Below are positions 22,223 through 30,562 of a stretch of 64,000 bases of DNA, piece by piece. The notes below the pieces were generated by a model that saw nothing but the letters and a program-made list of their open reading frames with translations, was not told the DNA's origin and ran no database searches. The stretch is from Candidatus Eiseniibacteriota bacterium (GTDB lineage Bacteria; Eisenbacteria; RBG-16-71-46): the NCBI GenBank assembly GCA_044223005.1, contig JBGAML010000006.1, positions 64,001 through 128,000 on the forward strand, read 5' to 3'. The stretch's first letter is position 1, and each line of letters opens with the position of its first letter. The position numbers were made by a program, and so were the translations under genes.

Positions 22223-23041
22223 ATGAAGCGTTGGGCAGGTTTCTATTTCGTGCTGGGGATCATGGCCGTGCTCGTCACGGTCGCTGTGCGGCAGGCGAGC
22301 GCACAGCAGTCCTACAACAGTGTGACCCTGACATGGACGACGCCAGGGGATGACAGCTTGAGCGGAACGGCCACGCAGTTCGACATCCGGTATTCCACCG
22401 CGGCGATCACGGCGGCGAACTTCGCCTCCGCGACGCGCTGGACGACCGGCGTTCCCGCGCCGGCGGCTCCTGGGACCTCCCAGAACGTCACCGTGACCGG
22501 GCTGCAGCCGTCCACGACCTATTGGTTCGCGATCAAGACCGGCGACGAAGTGCCGAACTGGGCGCTGATCTCCAACGTGGTCTCCAAGACCACGACGGCG
22601 GCGCCCGACCAGGTGCGGCCCGCCCCGATCGCGATGACGATCACCGGCCAGACCGACTCCACCGTGACGCTGCAGTGGACGGCGGTCGGCGACGACAGCC
22701 TGACCGGCACGGCGACCAGCTACGACGTGCGCTACTCGACCACCGCGATCACGTCCGCGAACTACGCGAGCGCGACGCAGGCGAGCAGCGAGCCCACGCC
22801 GGCGGCCCCGGGGACCGTGCAGACCATGACCGTCCGCGGACTCTCGCGGCAGGTCACGTACTACTTCGCGATCAAGGCCGCGGATGAATCCGGAAACGTG
22901 TCCGCGCTCTCCAACGTGCCGTCGGTCACGACGCCGGACACGGTGCCGCCCGCGGCGATCACCAATCTGACGCTCGGACTGGTGGTCATGAACTTCTCGA
23001 CGTCTGCGGTGATGCCACCGCGGAGGTGGAATGGCAGGTAG
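22223..23041 (+). CDS. Secreted FN3-repeat protein A (2 FN3 + orphan strand tail)
   Basis: Signal peptide ending ASA|Q; two WT(T/A)xGDD..GTA..(F/Y)DxRYS..GL...Y.FAIK..DE..N...SN repeats. Confidence 0.85.
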   Translation: MKRWAGFYFVLGIMAVLVTVAVRQASAQQSYNSVTLTWTTPGDDSLSGTATQFDIRYSTAAITAANFASATRWTTGVPAPAAPGTSQNVTVTGLQPSTTYWFAIKTGDEVPNWALISNVVSKTTTAAPDQVRPAPIAMTITGQTDSTVTLQWTAVGDDSLTGTATSYDVRYSTTAITSANYASATQASSEPTPAAPGTVQTMTVRGLSRQVTYYFAIKAADESGNVSALSNVPSVTTPDTVPPAAITNLTLGLVVMNFSTSAVMPPRRWNGR

Positions 23042-23047
23042 GGAAGC

Positions 23048-24061
23048 ATGAGGGGGGAGCGCATCCGCGGAAGAAGCCCACGGTCGCGCTCTAGGTTCGC
23101 CAGGGAGGGCACGGTCGTATTCGTCCTCCTTGCCGCCCTGCTGTGGCTGGCGCCCGCGCTCGCGCGGGCGCAGTCTCCCGACACGCTCGTACTGCGCTGG
23201 ACCGCGCCCGCCGATCCCGGCGTCGGCGCGGTCTCGCGTTACGACGTGCGCATGTCCACCTCGCCTATCTCCGCCGGTAACTTCGCGTCGGCGACGCAGG
23301 TGCCCTCGGCCACCCCGAGTGCGCCCGGGACCACGGAGAAGCTCGTGGTTCGCAACCTCGGGCCCGGCGTGAGCTACTGGTTCGCGGTCAAGTCGGTCGA
23401 TGCATCCGGCAACTGGTCGCCCATTTCCAACGTGCTGCGCTGGGACGGCGCGCTCGACACCACGCCGCCGGGAACGCCCACCGGCTTCACCGCGGCGGTC
23501 GATCCCTCGGGCGCCAGCGTCGCGCTGCACTGGAACCTCGGCTCGGAGCCGGACCTGCAGGGCTACCAGATCTGGCGCTCCGACGACGCGGCGGGCCTGG
23601 TCTGGGTGCGCGTCGGTGCGGCAGTTCCCGGCCCGGACTACACTGATACGCAGCTGCCGGGCGGCGTCGCCAAGTTCCGCTACGCGCTGAGCGCGGTCGA
23701 CCGCTCCGGCAACTGGAGCGCGCGCACGGCGGCCGTGCTGGTGTCGCTGCCGACGTCGACGCTCTCGCGCGCGACGATCTGGCACCTCGGCGCGCCCTAC
23801 CCGAATCCCGCGCGCACCGGCGAACTGATGCACCTCCCGCTCGACGTGCCCGCGAACGCGGTGCCCGCGCGCATCGAGATCCTCGACGGCGCGAACCACC
23901 TCGTGCGCCAGATCACGGTGCCGCCGGCGGTGCTCGGCGTCACGCGCGTCGATTGGGATGGCACGAACGCGAATGGCCAGCCCTGCGCCCCCGGCATGTA
24001 CCGCGCGTGGCTGATCGCCGGCGACCTGCGCCAGCTCGTGCGCATCGCGAGGATCCCGTGA
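23048..24061 (+). CDS. Secreted FN3 protein B with FlgD/T9SS-like CTD
   Basis: Signal peptide, 2 FN3 domains, YPNP...WDG.N..G....PGMY C-terminal domain. Confidence 0.85.
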   Translation: MRGERIRGRSPRSRSRFAREGTVVFVLLAALLWLAPALARAQSPDTLVLRWTAPADPGVGAVSRYDVRMSTSPISAGNFASATQVPSATPSAPGTTEKLVVRNLGPGVSYWFAVKSVDASGNWSPISNVLRWDGALDTTPPGTPTGFTAAVDPSGASVALHWNLGSEPDLQGYQIWRSDDAAGLVWVRVGAAVPGPDYTDTQLPGGVAKFRYALSAVDRSGNWSARTAAVLVSLPTSTLSRATIWHLGAPYPNPARTGELMHLPLDVPANAVPARIEILDGANHLVRQITVPPAVLGVTRVDWDGTNANGQPCAPGMYRAWLIAGDLRQLVRIARIP

Positions 24062-25068
24062 CGGGCCGCCGCGTTCGCTTCCTGCTCGCGCTGCTCGCCG
24101 TGGCGTTCGCCGCGTCGCACGCACACGCGGCCGGCGAAGGCGCCGGCACGCGCGCGGCCGCGTTCCTGTCCTCGGGCTACACGCCCGCGCAGCTCTCGAT
24201 GGGTGGCGCCGGGCTCGCGCTGGGCAACGACGTGCAGGGCGCGACGCTCAATCCCGCGGCCCTGGGCGCGATCGGCGTGGGCGAGTACGCGCTCGCGCAC
24301 GCGAGCTTCCCGGACCAGACGTCGCAGGACTGGGCCGCTTGGGGCGGCCGGCTGGGCAAGGGGCCGGTGCGGCTCGGCCTGTCGGCGGTGCTGCGCGACG
24401 AGGGCACGATCGACGCGCGCGACGCCGCGGACCAGCCGCTCGGCGCGCAGGACGCCCGCGACTTCGCGCTCACGCTGCAGGTGGCGCGGCCCGTCGGTTC
24501 GCACCTCGTGCTCGGCGCCGCGACGCATGTCGTGAACCAGCGCGTCGCCACGGCGAGCGGCACGGGCTATACGTTCGACGCCGGCGCCCAGGTGCGGTTC
24601 GGGCTCGCGTCGTTCGCGCTCGCGGGCCGGAACTTCGGCGGCACCATGAACTGGAGCGGCCAGCGCTGGGCGTTCCCGGCGCTGTTCTCGACCGGTGTCG
24701 CGCTCGAGAGCCCCGGCCGCACGCTGCGCGCCGCGGTCGACTTGGAGCGTCCGGCGGACTACTTCCACAGCCTGCGCACGGGCGTCGAATGGCGCTGGCA
24801 CGACCGCTTCGCACTGCGCACGGGCTACCGCGCCGAGCAGCGCGCCGTCGAGAACGATCGCCTGAGCGGCCCCACGTTCGGCTTCGGCGCCGGCGCGGGG
24901 GCGCTCTGGATCGATTACGGCTACGTGGTCGGCGGCGACGGTGATACGACGCACCGCTTCGCGCTGACGCTGCACCGCCGCCCCGCGGCGGCCGAGAAGC
25001 GCGACGCCGCGCCCGCGGCCGGGCCCACGCCCGACCCGGCGCCGGCACCGATCGGCCCTTCTCGCTGA
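24058..25068 (+). CDS. PorV/PorQ-like outer-membrane beta-barrel 1
   Basis: AAFL...MGGA...NPA.L N-terminus, DAG, N.G, GVEW, ALRTGY, DY, HRF; GTG start overlaps the upstream stop. Confidence 0.8.
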   Translation: MTGRRVRFLLALLAVAFAASHAHAAGEGAGTRAAAFLSSGYTPAQLSMGGAGLALGNDVQGATLNPAALGAIGVGEYALAHASFPDQTSQDWAAWGGRLGKGPVRLGLSAVLRDEGTIDARDAADQPLGAQDARDFALTLQVARPVGSHLVLGAATHVVNQRVATASGTGYTFDAGAQVRFGLASFALAGRNFGGTMNWSGQRWAFPALFSTGVALESPGRTLRAAVDLERPADYFHSLRTGVEWRWHDRFALRTGYRAEQRAVENDRLSGPTFGFGAGAGALWIDYGYVVGGDGDTTHRFALTLHRRPAAAEKRDAAPAAGPTPDPAPAPIGPSR

Positions 25069-25250
25069 CGCGCGCGCCGCGCCTGCGGCGCCCGCTCGCA
25101 GAACGCCCCTCCGCACGGTCGCGGATTGCGGAATGCGCGGCCTCGTGCGTTCGCGTCGCCGCAAGTGCCGAATGCGCACCGGCCGTCAGGTTTCCTTCCC
25201 GTCGCCACTTGCGGGGCATCGCGCTCACCGGCCACCCACCCGGAACGCGC

Positions 25251-25266
25251 AGGCACGCAAGCTGCT
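25251..25266 (+). promoter_or_regulatory. Putative sigma54 -24/-12 promoter
   Basis: AGGCACGCAAGCTGCT, close to consensus TGGCACG-N4-TTGCW. Confidence 0.6.
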
Positions 25267-25373
25267 GACTCCGGCGCGGTCCGGGTCGGCGAGGTGCCGA
25301 AGGCCGGATCGGCAGGCCCCTCGGATGGACCGGCGCGCGACCACTCGCGCCCCGGAAGGCGGGAGAGACCCTC

Positions 25374-26675
25374 ATGCTTCGTCGCATCGCATCGGCCGTC
25401 GTGCTCGCGTCGCTCGCAGTCGCGAGCCTGGCGTGTGGCACCGCCCTCGCCGCCGTGACGCCCACGAGCGCCACGATCGCGTGGACCGCGCCCGGCGACG
25501 ACGGCAACACGGGCACCGCGTCGCAGTACGACGTCCGGCTCTCGACCGCGGCGATCACCGCCGGCAACTTCGCGAGCGCGACGCACCTGACGGGCGCGCC
25601 CGCCCCGGCGGCCGCGGGCAGCACCCAGTCGATGAACCTGACCGGGCTCTCGCCGTCGACCACCTACTGGTGCGCGATCAAGACCGCCGACGAAGCGGGC
25701 AACTGGTCGGCGATCTCGAACATCGTCACCTTCACGACGCCGTCGGCCAGCGACACGATCCGCCCCGCGGCGCTCGCGCTCGCCCCGGGCACGACGACGC
25801 AGACGAGCGTCGCCCTGACTTGGACCGCGACCGGTGACGACAGCCTGACCGGCACCGCGAACCACTACGAGGTGCGCTGGTCCAAGAACCCGATCACGCC
25901 CGCCAACTTCGCCTCGGCGACGCAGGTGACGAGCGGCGTGCCCGCGCCCGCGGCGCCCGGCACCTCGCAGGGCTGCACGGTCACCGGCCTCGATCGCTCG
26001 ACCGACACGTACTTCGCGGCGCGCCTCTACGACGAGGCCAACAATCCGTCCGCGCTCTCGAACGTGGTCCAGGTCGGTCCGTGGCTCGACACCGCGCCGC
26101 CGGCGACGCCTTCGGGCCTCGCGGGCAACGTGGCCCTGTCCGGCGTGCACCTGCACTGGTCGGCGAACTCCGAGCCCGATCTCGCCGGCTACCACGTCTA
26201 CCGCGCGACGGCGGCGAACGGCTCGTACGTGCGCATCGACGTCTCGACGGTCGGCACCAACGACTACACCGACACCGCCGCTCCCGACAGCGCGTCGCTC
26301 TGGTACGCCGTGAGCGCCGTCGACGCCGTCGGCAACGAGAGCGCGCGCGGTGCCGGCGTGCAGGTCTGGCTGAGCGCCGTCGGTGTCACCGCGACGACAC
26401 TGCAGCCCGCGTACCCGAACCCGAGCGGCATCGGCTCGCCCGTCACGCTGCCCGTCGCGGTGGCGCCGGGTGGCCCGAGCGACGGCCGCATCGACATCCT
26501 CAACGCCGCCGGCGAGCGCGTCCGCTCGCTCGACCTGCGCGGCCTCGCGCCCGGCACGAACCTCGTGACCTGGGACGGCCACAACGACGCCGGCCGCGTC
26601 ACCGCCCCCGGCGCGTACCACGCACTGCTCACGCTCGGCAGCACGCAGCACGCGATCCGTCTCGTGCGGCGCTGA
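25374..26675 (+). CDS. Secreted FN3 protein C (3 FN3 + FlgD/T9SS-like CTD)
   Basis: Signal peptide, WTAPGDD repeats, SEPDLAGY, YPNP...WDG.ND.G....PGAY. Confidence 0.87.
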   Translation: MLRRIASAVVLASLAVASLACGTALAAVTPTSATIAWTAPGDDGNTGTASQYDVRLSTAAITAGNFASATHLTGAPAPAAAGSTQSMNLTGLSPSTTYWCAIKTADEAGNWSAISNIVTFTTPSASDTIRPAALALAPGTTTQTSVALTWTATGDDSLTGTANHYEVRWSKNPITPANFASATQVTSGVPAPAAPGTSQGCTVTGLDRSTDTYFAARLYDEANNPSALSNVVQVGPWLDTAPPATPSGLAGNVALSGVHLHWSANSEPDLAGYHVYRATAANGSYVRIDVSTVGTNDYTDTAAPDSASLWYAVSAVDAVGNESARGAGVQVWLSAVGVTATTLQPAYPNPSGIGSPVTLPVAVAPGGPSDGRIDILNAAGERVRSLDLRGLAPGTNLVTWDGHNDAGRVTAPGAYHALLTLGSTQHAIRLVRR

Positions 26676-27026
26676 GCGAAGCGAACCGATCCACGGGCCC
26701 CTCACCCCGCGCCCGGCGCACGATGCGCCGGGCGCGTCATTTCCAGGGTGCTCCGGAGAATGCGGAAATCGTCCCGGAGCTCGTTGGCGGGCAAGCGATT
26801 CCCGCGGCTCGCCGATTCGCGCGCGCCAGGCCGCGGCGATTCCACGAGTTCGATTCCGTGCCCCCGCAATCTCCCGAGCACAACGCATTTCGCCGCAGGT
26901 GGGTGGGAGGGCGTTGCGGAATACCGCACGCGAAACCGCTCTCGTCGGCCGCCCAACCGCGCGCACCGGTCCGCACCACTCGCGATGCCACGCATTTGCG
27001 TGTCCGCGAGCGATTTGGGGGCTTCG

Positions 27027-27042
27027 CGGCACGGCGGCTGCT
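27027..27042 (+). promoter_or_regulatory. Putative sigma54 -24/-12 promoter
   Basis: CGGCACGGCGGCTGCT, about 65 bp upstream of the ATG. Confidence 0.55.
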
Positions 27043-27106
27043 GTGTCCGGGCGGCTCCGGATTCACCGGTCAGGACGGCGCCTCGCGCCGATTGGAGATC
27101 GCACCC

Positions 27107-28984
27107 ATGTTCCGCATCCGAATCGCCTGCTTCGCGCTCTTGCTCGCCGCCGGGACGGCGTACGCGGGCGCCGACAACGCGGGTACCACCGCCGGCAACT
27201 TCCTCTCCGTCGGCACGGGTGCGTCCGTGCTGTCGATGGGTGGCGCGACGCTCGGATCGGGCTCGGACCTGCATGCCGCCGCGTGGAACCCGGCCGCGCT
27301 GGCGCAGCTCGGCTTCACCCAGCTCTCGTTCTCGCACGCCTCGCTCGCGACCTCGTCGGCGCAGGAATACGTCGCGGCGGGCGGCCGGTTGCGCAACGGC
27401 TCGACGCGCTGGGCGGTCACGGCGCTCTACCAGGGCGACGGCAGCTTCGACGGCCGCGACGCGCTCGGCGTGTCGACGGGCAGCTTCAACGTCTCGAGCA
27501 CGGCGTTCGGCCTGCAGCTCGCGCGCCCGCTGGGCGAAGCGTTCTCGGGCGGCGTCGGCCTGCGCTGGCTCGGCGACAACCTCGGTGATTCCCACGGCAG
27601 CGGCATGAGCATCGACGCCGGCGTGCAGGCGCACGCGGGCGCGTTCGGCTTCGGCGCGGCGGCGCGCAACTACGGCGGCCGCATGCGCTACGACTCGGGT
27701 TCGTTCGACCTGCCCGCGGTGCTCGGTTTCGGCGCGTCGTGGTCGGATCCGGCGCGCGGGCTGCGGCTCGGCGTCGACGCGAACTTCCCGCGTGCGTACT
27801 ACAACGACGTCCGCGTGGGCGGCGAGTGGCGCTGGCAGGATCGCGTCGCGCTGCGCGCGGGCTACCGGCTCGAGCTCGGCGCGCCTTCGGGCGAGCCGCT
27901 CGGCGGGCCGAGCTTCGGGCTCGGCGCCGGCGCCAACGGCAGCTGGTTCGACTACGCGTTCCTCGCCGGCGATGCCGACGCGCAGGGACAGCATCGCTTC
28001 GGCGTCACGTTCCGCCCCGGGTTCCTGAACTCGGCGCTGAATCCGTCGGCTGCCGACGAGCCCGCGCCCCAGGGGCCGCCGGCCCCGACGCGCGCCGCGA
28101 AGCCCGTGCGTGCCGCCGAGCCCGTGAACGCTCCGGTCGCGAAGGCCGCGACGCCGGCGCCGGCTCCCGCCAGTGCTCCGGTCGCGAAGGTCGCGTCGCC
28201 CGCGCCGGCCCCGGCCCCCGCCCGTGCCGCCGAGCCCGCACCGGCGCAGGTCGCGCTCGCGCGCCAGGTGCCTCCGGGTGGACACGAGAGCCAGGCGGCC
28301 CCGCGCTCCAACGACCCGGCCGCATCACTCGAACCGTCGCGTCCGGTCAAGGTGACGCCGCTTTCGCGCGTGAAGCCCGAACTCTCGAACACCGATCTCG
28401 CGCTCGCCGAGGCGGCTCCGGTCGCTGCCGTGCCGGCGCCCGCGCCCAAGCGTGCCGCGCGTACCCCGAAGGTCGATGCGCCCGCTCCGCCGGTCGTCGC
28501 GCCACCGGCGCCGGTCGCGGTGCCCGTGCCCGCGGCGAGCGCGCCCGAGCCGGTCGTCGAGCCCACGCCGGTCCCGGCGTCGGCGCCCGCGCCCGAGAAC
28601 GTCGCGCCGAGCGCGCCGGCCAGCGAGCCGGCTCCGGCGCCCGTGCCCGCGCCCAAGGCGAACAAGCGCGAGAAGGCGGCCAAGCCCGAGAAGACCGAAA
28701 AGCCCGTGCCCGCCAAGGCCGCGGTGATTCCGGTCGCGCAGCTCGCGACCTCGTCGCCCAAGGTGGCGGTGGTGCCGGTGCCCGCGGATGCGCCCTCGAC
28801 GGCGCCGATCTCGAAGCCGGTCGAGCGGCCGAAGTCGGTCACGGTCGGCGACCACGAGACGCTCGCGGACCTCGCGAAGAAGTGGGACACGACGGTCGCG
28901 GCGATCATGATGGAGAACAACCTGGTCCGCGATGCGGTCAAGAAGGGCCAGAAGCTGACGCTGCCGCCGCCGCAGTCGCGCTGA
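27107..28984 (+). CDS. PorV-like barrel fused to a Pro/Ala-rich linker and C-terminal LysM
   Basis: SD GGAG; signal peptide; NFL...MGGA...WNPA.L; ALRAGY; HRFGVTF; ~270-aa P/A/K linker; VTV...ETL..LAKKW.TTV..IM..N.L....VKKGQKL.LP. Confidence 0.82.
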   Translation: MFRIRIACFALLLAAGTAYAGADNAGTTAGNFLSVGTGASVLSMGGATLGSGSDLHAAAWNPAALAQLGFTQLSFSHASLATSSAQEYVAAGGRLRNGSTRWAVTALYQGDGSFDGRDALGVSTGSFNVSSTAFGLQLARPLGEAFSGGVGLRWLGDNLGDSHGSGMSIDAGVQAHAGAFGFGAAARNYGGRMRYDSGSFDLPAVLGFGASWSDPARGLRLGVDANFPRAYYNDVRVGGEWRWQDRVALRAGYRLELGAPSGEPLGGPSFGLGAGANGSWFDYAFLAGDADAQGQHRFGVTFRPGFLNSALNPSAADEPAPQGPPAPTRAAKPVRAAEPVNAPVAKAATPAPAPASAPVAKVASPAPAPAPARAAEPAPAQVALARQVPPGGHESQAAPRSNDPAASLEPSRPVKVTPLSRVKPELSNTDLALAEAAPVAAVPAPAPKRAARTPKVDAPAPPVVAPPAPVAVPVPAASAPEPVVEPTPVPASAPAPENVAPSAPASEPAPAPVPAPKANKREKAAKPEKTEKPVPAKAAVIPVAQLATSSPKVAVVPVPADAPSTAPISKPVERPKSVTVGDHETLADLAKKWDTTVAAIMMENNLVRDAVKKGQKLTLPPPQSR

Positions 28985-29084
28985 GCCGACACGAGGGGTG
29001 AACGCGGACTGGCCTCCGCGTCCGGCGCTCGCACTGGGTCACACCGGGCGGGCGCCGTTTCACTTGCGCGCCGCGGCGTGCGCG

Positions 29085-29462
29085 TCAGAAGCGCGCGGCG
29101 AGCGCCGAGCCGGCGACGGCGGCGACCAGGCCCGAGACCACGGAGCCGGTCACGTAGAGCAGCGCGATCGGCCACTGGCCCTCGCGCGCGAGTTCGGCGG
29201 ATTCCCACGCGAACGACGAGAACGTGGTGAAGCCGCCGAGCACGCCGGTGGCGAGGAAGAGCCGCAGGTCCGTCGGCACGACGCGATGGTCGAGCGCCAG
29301 CGTCAACACGGCGCCGATCACGAAGCAGCCGACCACGTTCACGGCGAACGTGCCCCACGGAAACGTGGCGTGCGGCCAGAGCCGGAACGCCCACGTGTGC
29401 ACGAGCCAGCGCAGCACGCTGCCGATCGCCCCGCCGAGCGCGACCAGGAGCGCGGCCCTCAC
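29085..29462 (-). CDS. crcB: Fluoride channel FluC/CrcB
   Basis: GGAIGSVLR, FPWGTFAVN, GVLGGFTTFSSF. Confidence 0.92.
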   Translation of the reverse strand: MRAALLVALGGAIGSVLRWLVHTWAFRLWPHATFPWGTFAVNVVGCFVIGAVLTLALDHRVVPTDLRLFLATGVLGGFTTFSSFAWESAELAREGQWPIALLYVTGSVVSGLVAAVAGSALAARF

Positions 29463-30562
29463 AGCGGGAACGCCCCGTCGAACGCCGTGCCGCGGCCGCG
29501 GGCGACGGCGTGGCGCATCTGCTCTTCGAGGTGGGCGGGCATCGCCGCGTAGACGTCGGCGAACAGGCTCTCGATGGGCGGCGGCGGCAGCGCCTCGGCC
29601 TCGGTGACGGCCTTCGAGATCTCGTCGTTGAGCTCGGCGGTCCACGTCTCGATGTCGGCGTCCGTGAGCAGGTTCCGGCCGCGCATCCACGCTCCGAGGC
29701 GCGCGAGCGGGTCGCGCTTCTCCCACGTCTCGACGAGCTTCGGGTCGCGGTAGCGCGTGGGATCGTCGCTCGAGGAATGCCCGCCCATGCGGAACGTGAG
29801 CGCCTCGACGAACGTCGGGCCGCCCCCGGAGCGCGCTCGCTCGACCGCTTCGCGTGTGGTCGCGATCACGGCGAGCAGGTCGTTGCCGTCCACGCGCACG
29901 CCGGACATGCCGTACGCGGCGGCCTTGATCGCGATGCTGCTGGAGGCGGTCTGCGCCTCGAGCGGCACCGAGATCGCCCACTGGTTGTTCTGGCAGAAGA
30001 AGACGACGGGCACCTGCTTCACGGCGGCGAAGTTCATCGCGGCGTGGAAGTCGGACGACGACGTGCCGCCGTCGCCGATGTAACCCACCATGACGTCGCT
30101 CGTCTTCATGAGCTTCGCGGCCCATGCCGCGCCCATGGCGTGCACGAGCTGCGTGCCGATCACGGACGACCACGCGACCGAGTTCACGCGCCGGTCGCTG
30201 AAGTGCATGGGCATCTGCCGCCCGAGCAGCACGTCGCCCGAGTTGCCGATCAGCTGGCAGACGATGTCGCGCACGGAGGTGCCGCGCCACATCGAGACGC
30301 CGGTCTCGCGCAGGGCGGGGAAGATCCAGTCGGTCGCGCGCAGCGGGTAGGCCGAGCCCGTGACGCTCGCCTCCTGGCCGGTCGTGAGGCCGTAGAAGCC
30401 GATGCGCCCCTGGCGCTGCAGCGAGAGCATGCGCTGGTCCATGGTGCGGAGCAGCAGCATGTGCCGGTACATCGCGCGCAGGTCGGCATCCGGCACGTCG
30501 GGCACGGGGGCGATCGCCTTCCCGTCGTCGTCCAGCACGCGGCGCAGCGTCTCGTCGATCAC
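29459..30562 (-). CDS. pdhA: 2-oxoacid (pyruvate/branched-chain) dehydrogenase E1 alpha
   Basis: LQRQGRIGFY, GDG...N TPP motif, NNQWAIS, GHSSSDDP. Confidence 0.88.
   Translation of the reverse strand: MIDETLRRVLDDDGKAIAPVPDVPDADLRAMYRHMLLLRTMDQRMLSLQRQGRIGFYGLTTGQEASVTGSAYPLRATDWIFPALRETGVSMWRGTSVRDIVCQLIGNSGDVLLGRQMPMHFSDRRVNSVAWSSVIGTQLVHAMGAAWAAKLMKTSDVMVGYIGDGGTSSSDFHAAMNFAAVKQVPVVFFCQNNQWAISVPLEAQTASSSIAIKAAAYGMSGVRVDGNDLLAVIATTREAVERARSGGGPTFVEALTFRMGGHSSSDDPTRYRDPKLVETWEKRDPLARLGAWMRGRNLLTDADIETWTAELNDEISKAVTEAEALPPPPIESLFADVYAAMPAHLEEQMRHAVARGRGTAFDGAFPL

Noticed and set aside
25374..25455. Possible lipobox (SLAC) in protein C
   Set aside because: Non-canonical -3/-2 residues; the downstream ALA|A signal peptidase I site fits better.
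22300..26070. Repeated DNA segments as a possible CRISPR array or DGR template/variable repeats
   Set aside because: They are in-frame FN3 domain repeats with mostly synonymous or conservative divergence; there are no spacers, cas genes or reverse transcriptase in the window.
26081..27106. Long N-terminal extension of the PorV-LysM ORF
   Set aside because: It overlaps gene C out of frame; the SD, ATG and signal peptide at 27107 give a better start.
28020..28830. Low-complexity GC repeats as a possible mobile or tandem element
   Set aside because: Explained by the Pro/Ala-rich protein linker.
29462..29560. Fluoride riboswitch before crcB
   Set aside because: crcB overlaps the pdhA stop, so there is no leader, and I recognised no motif.
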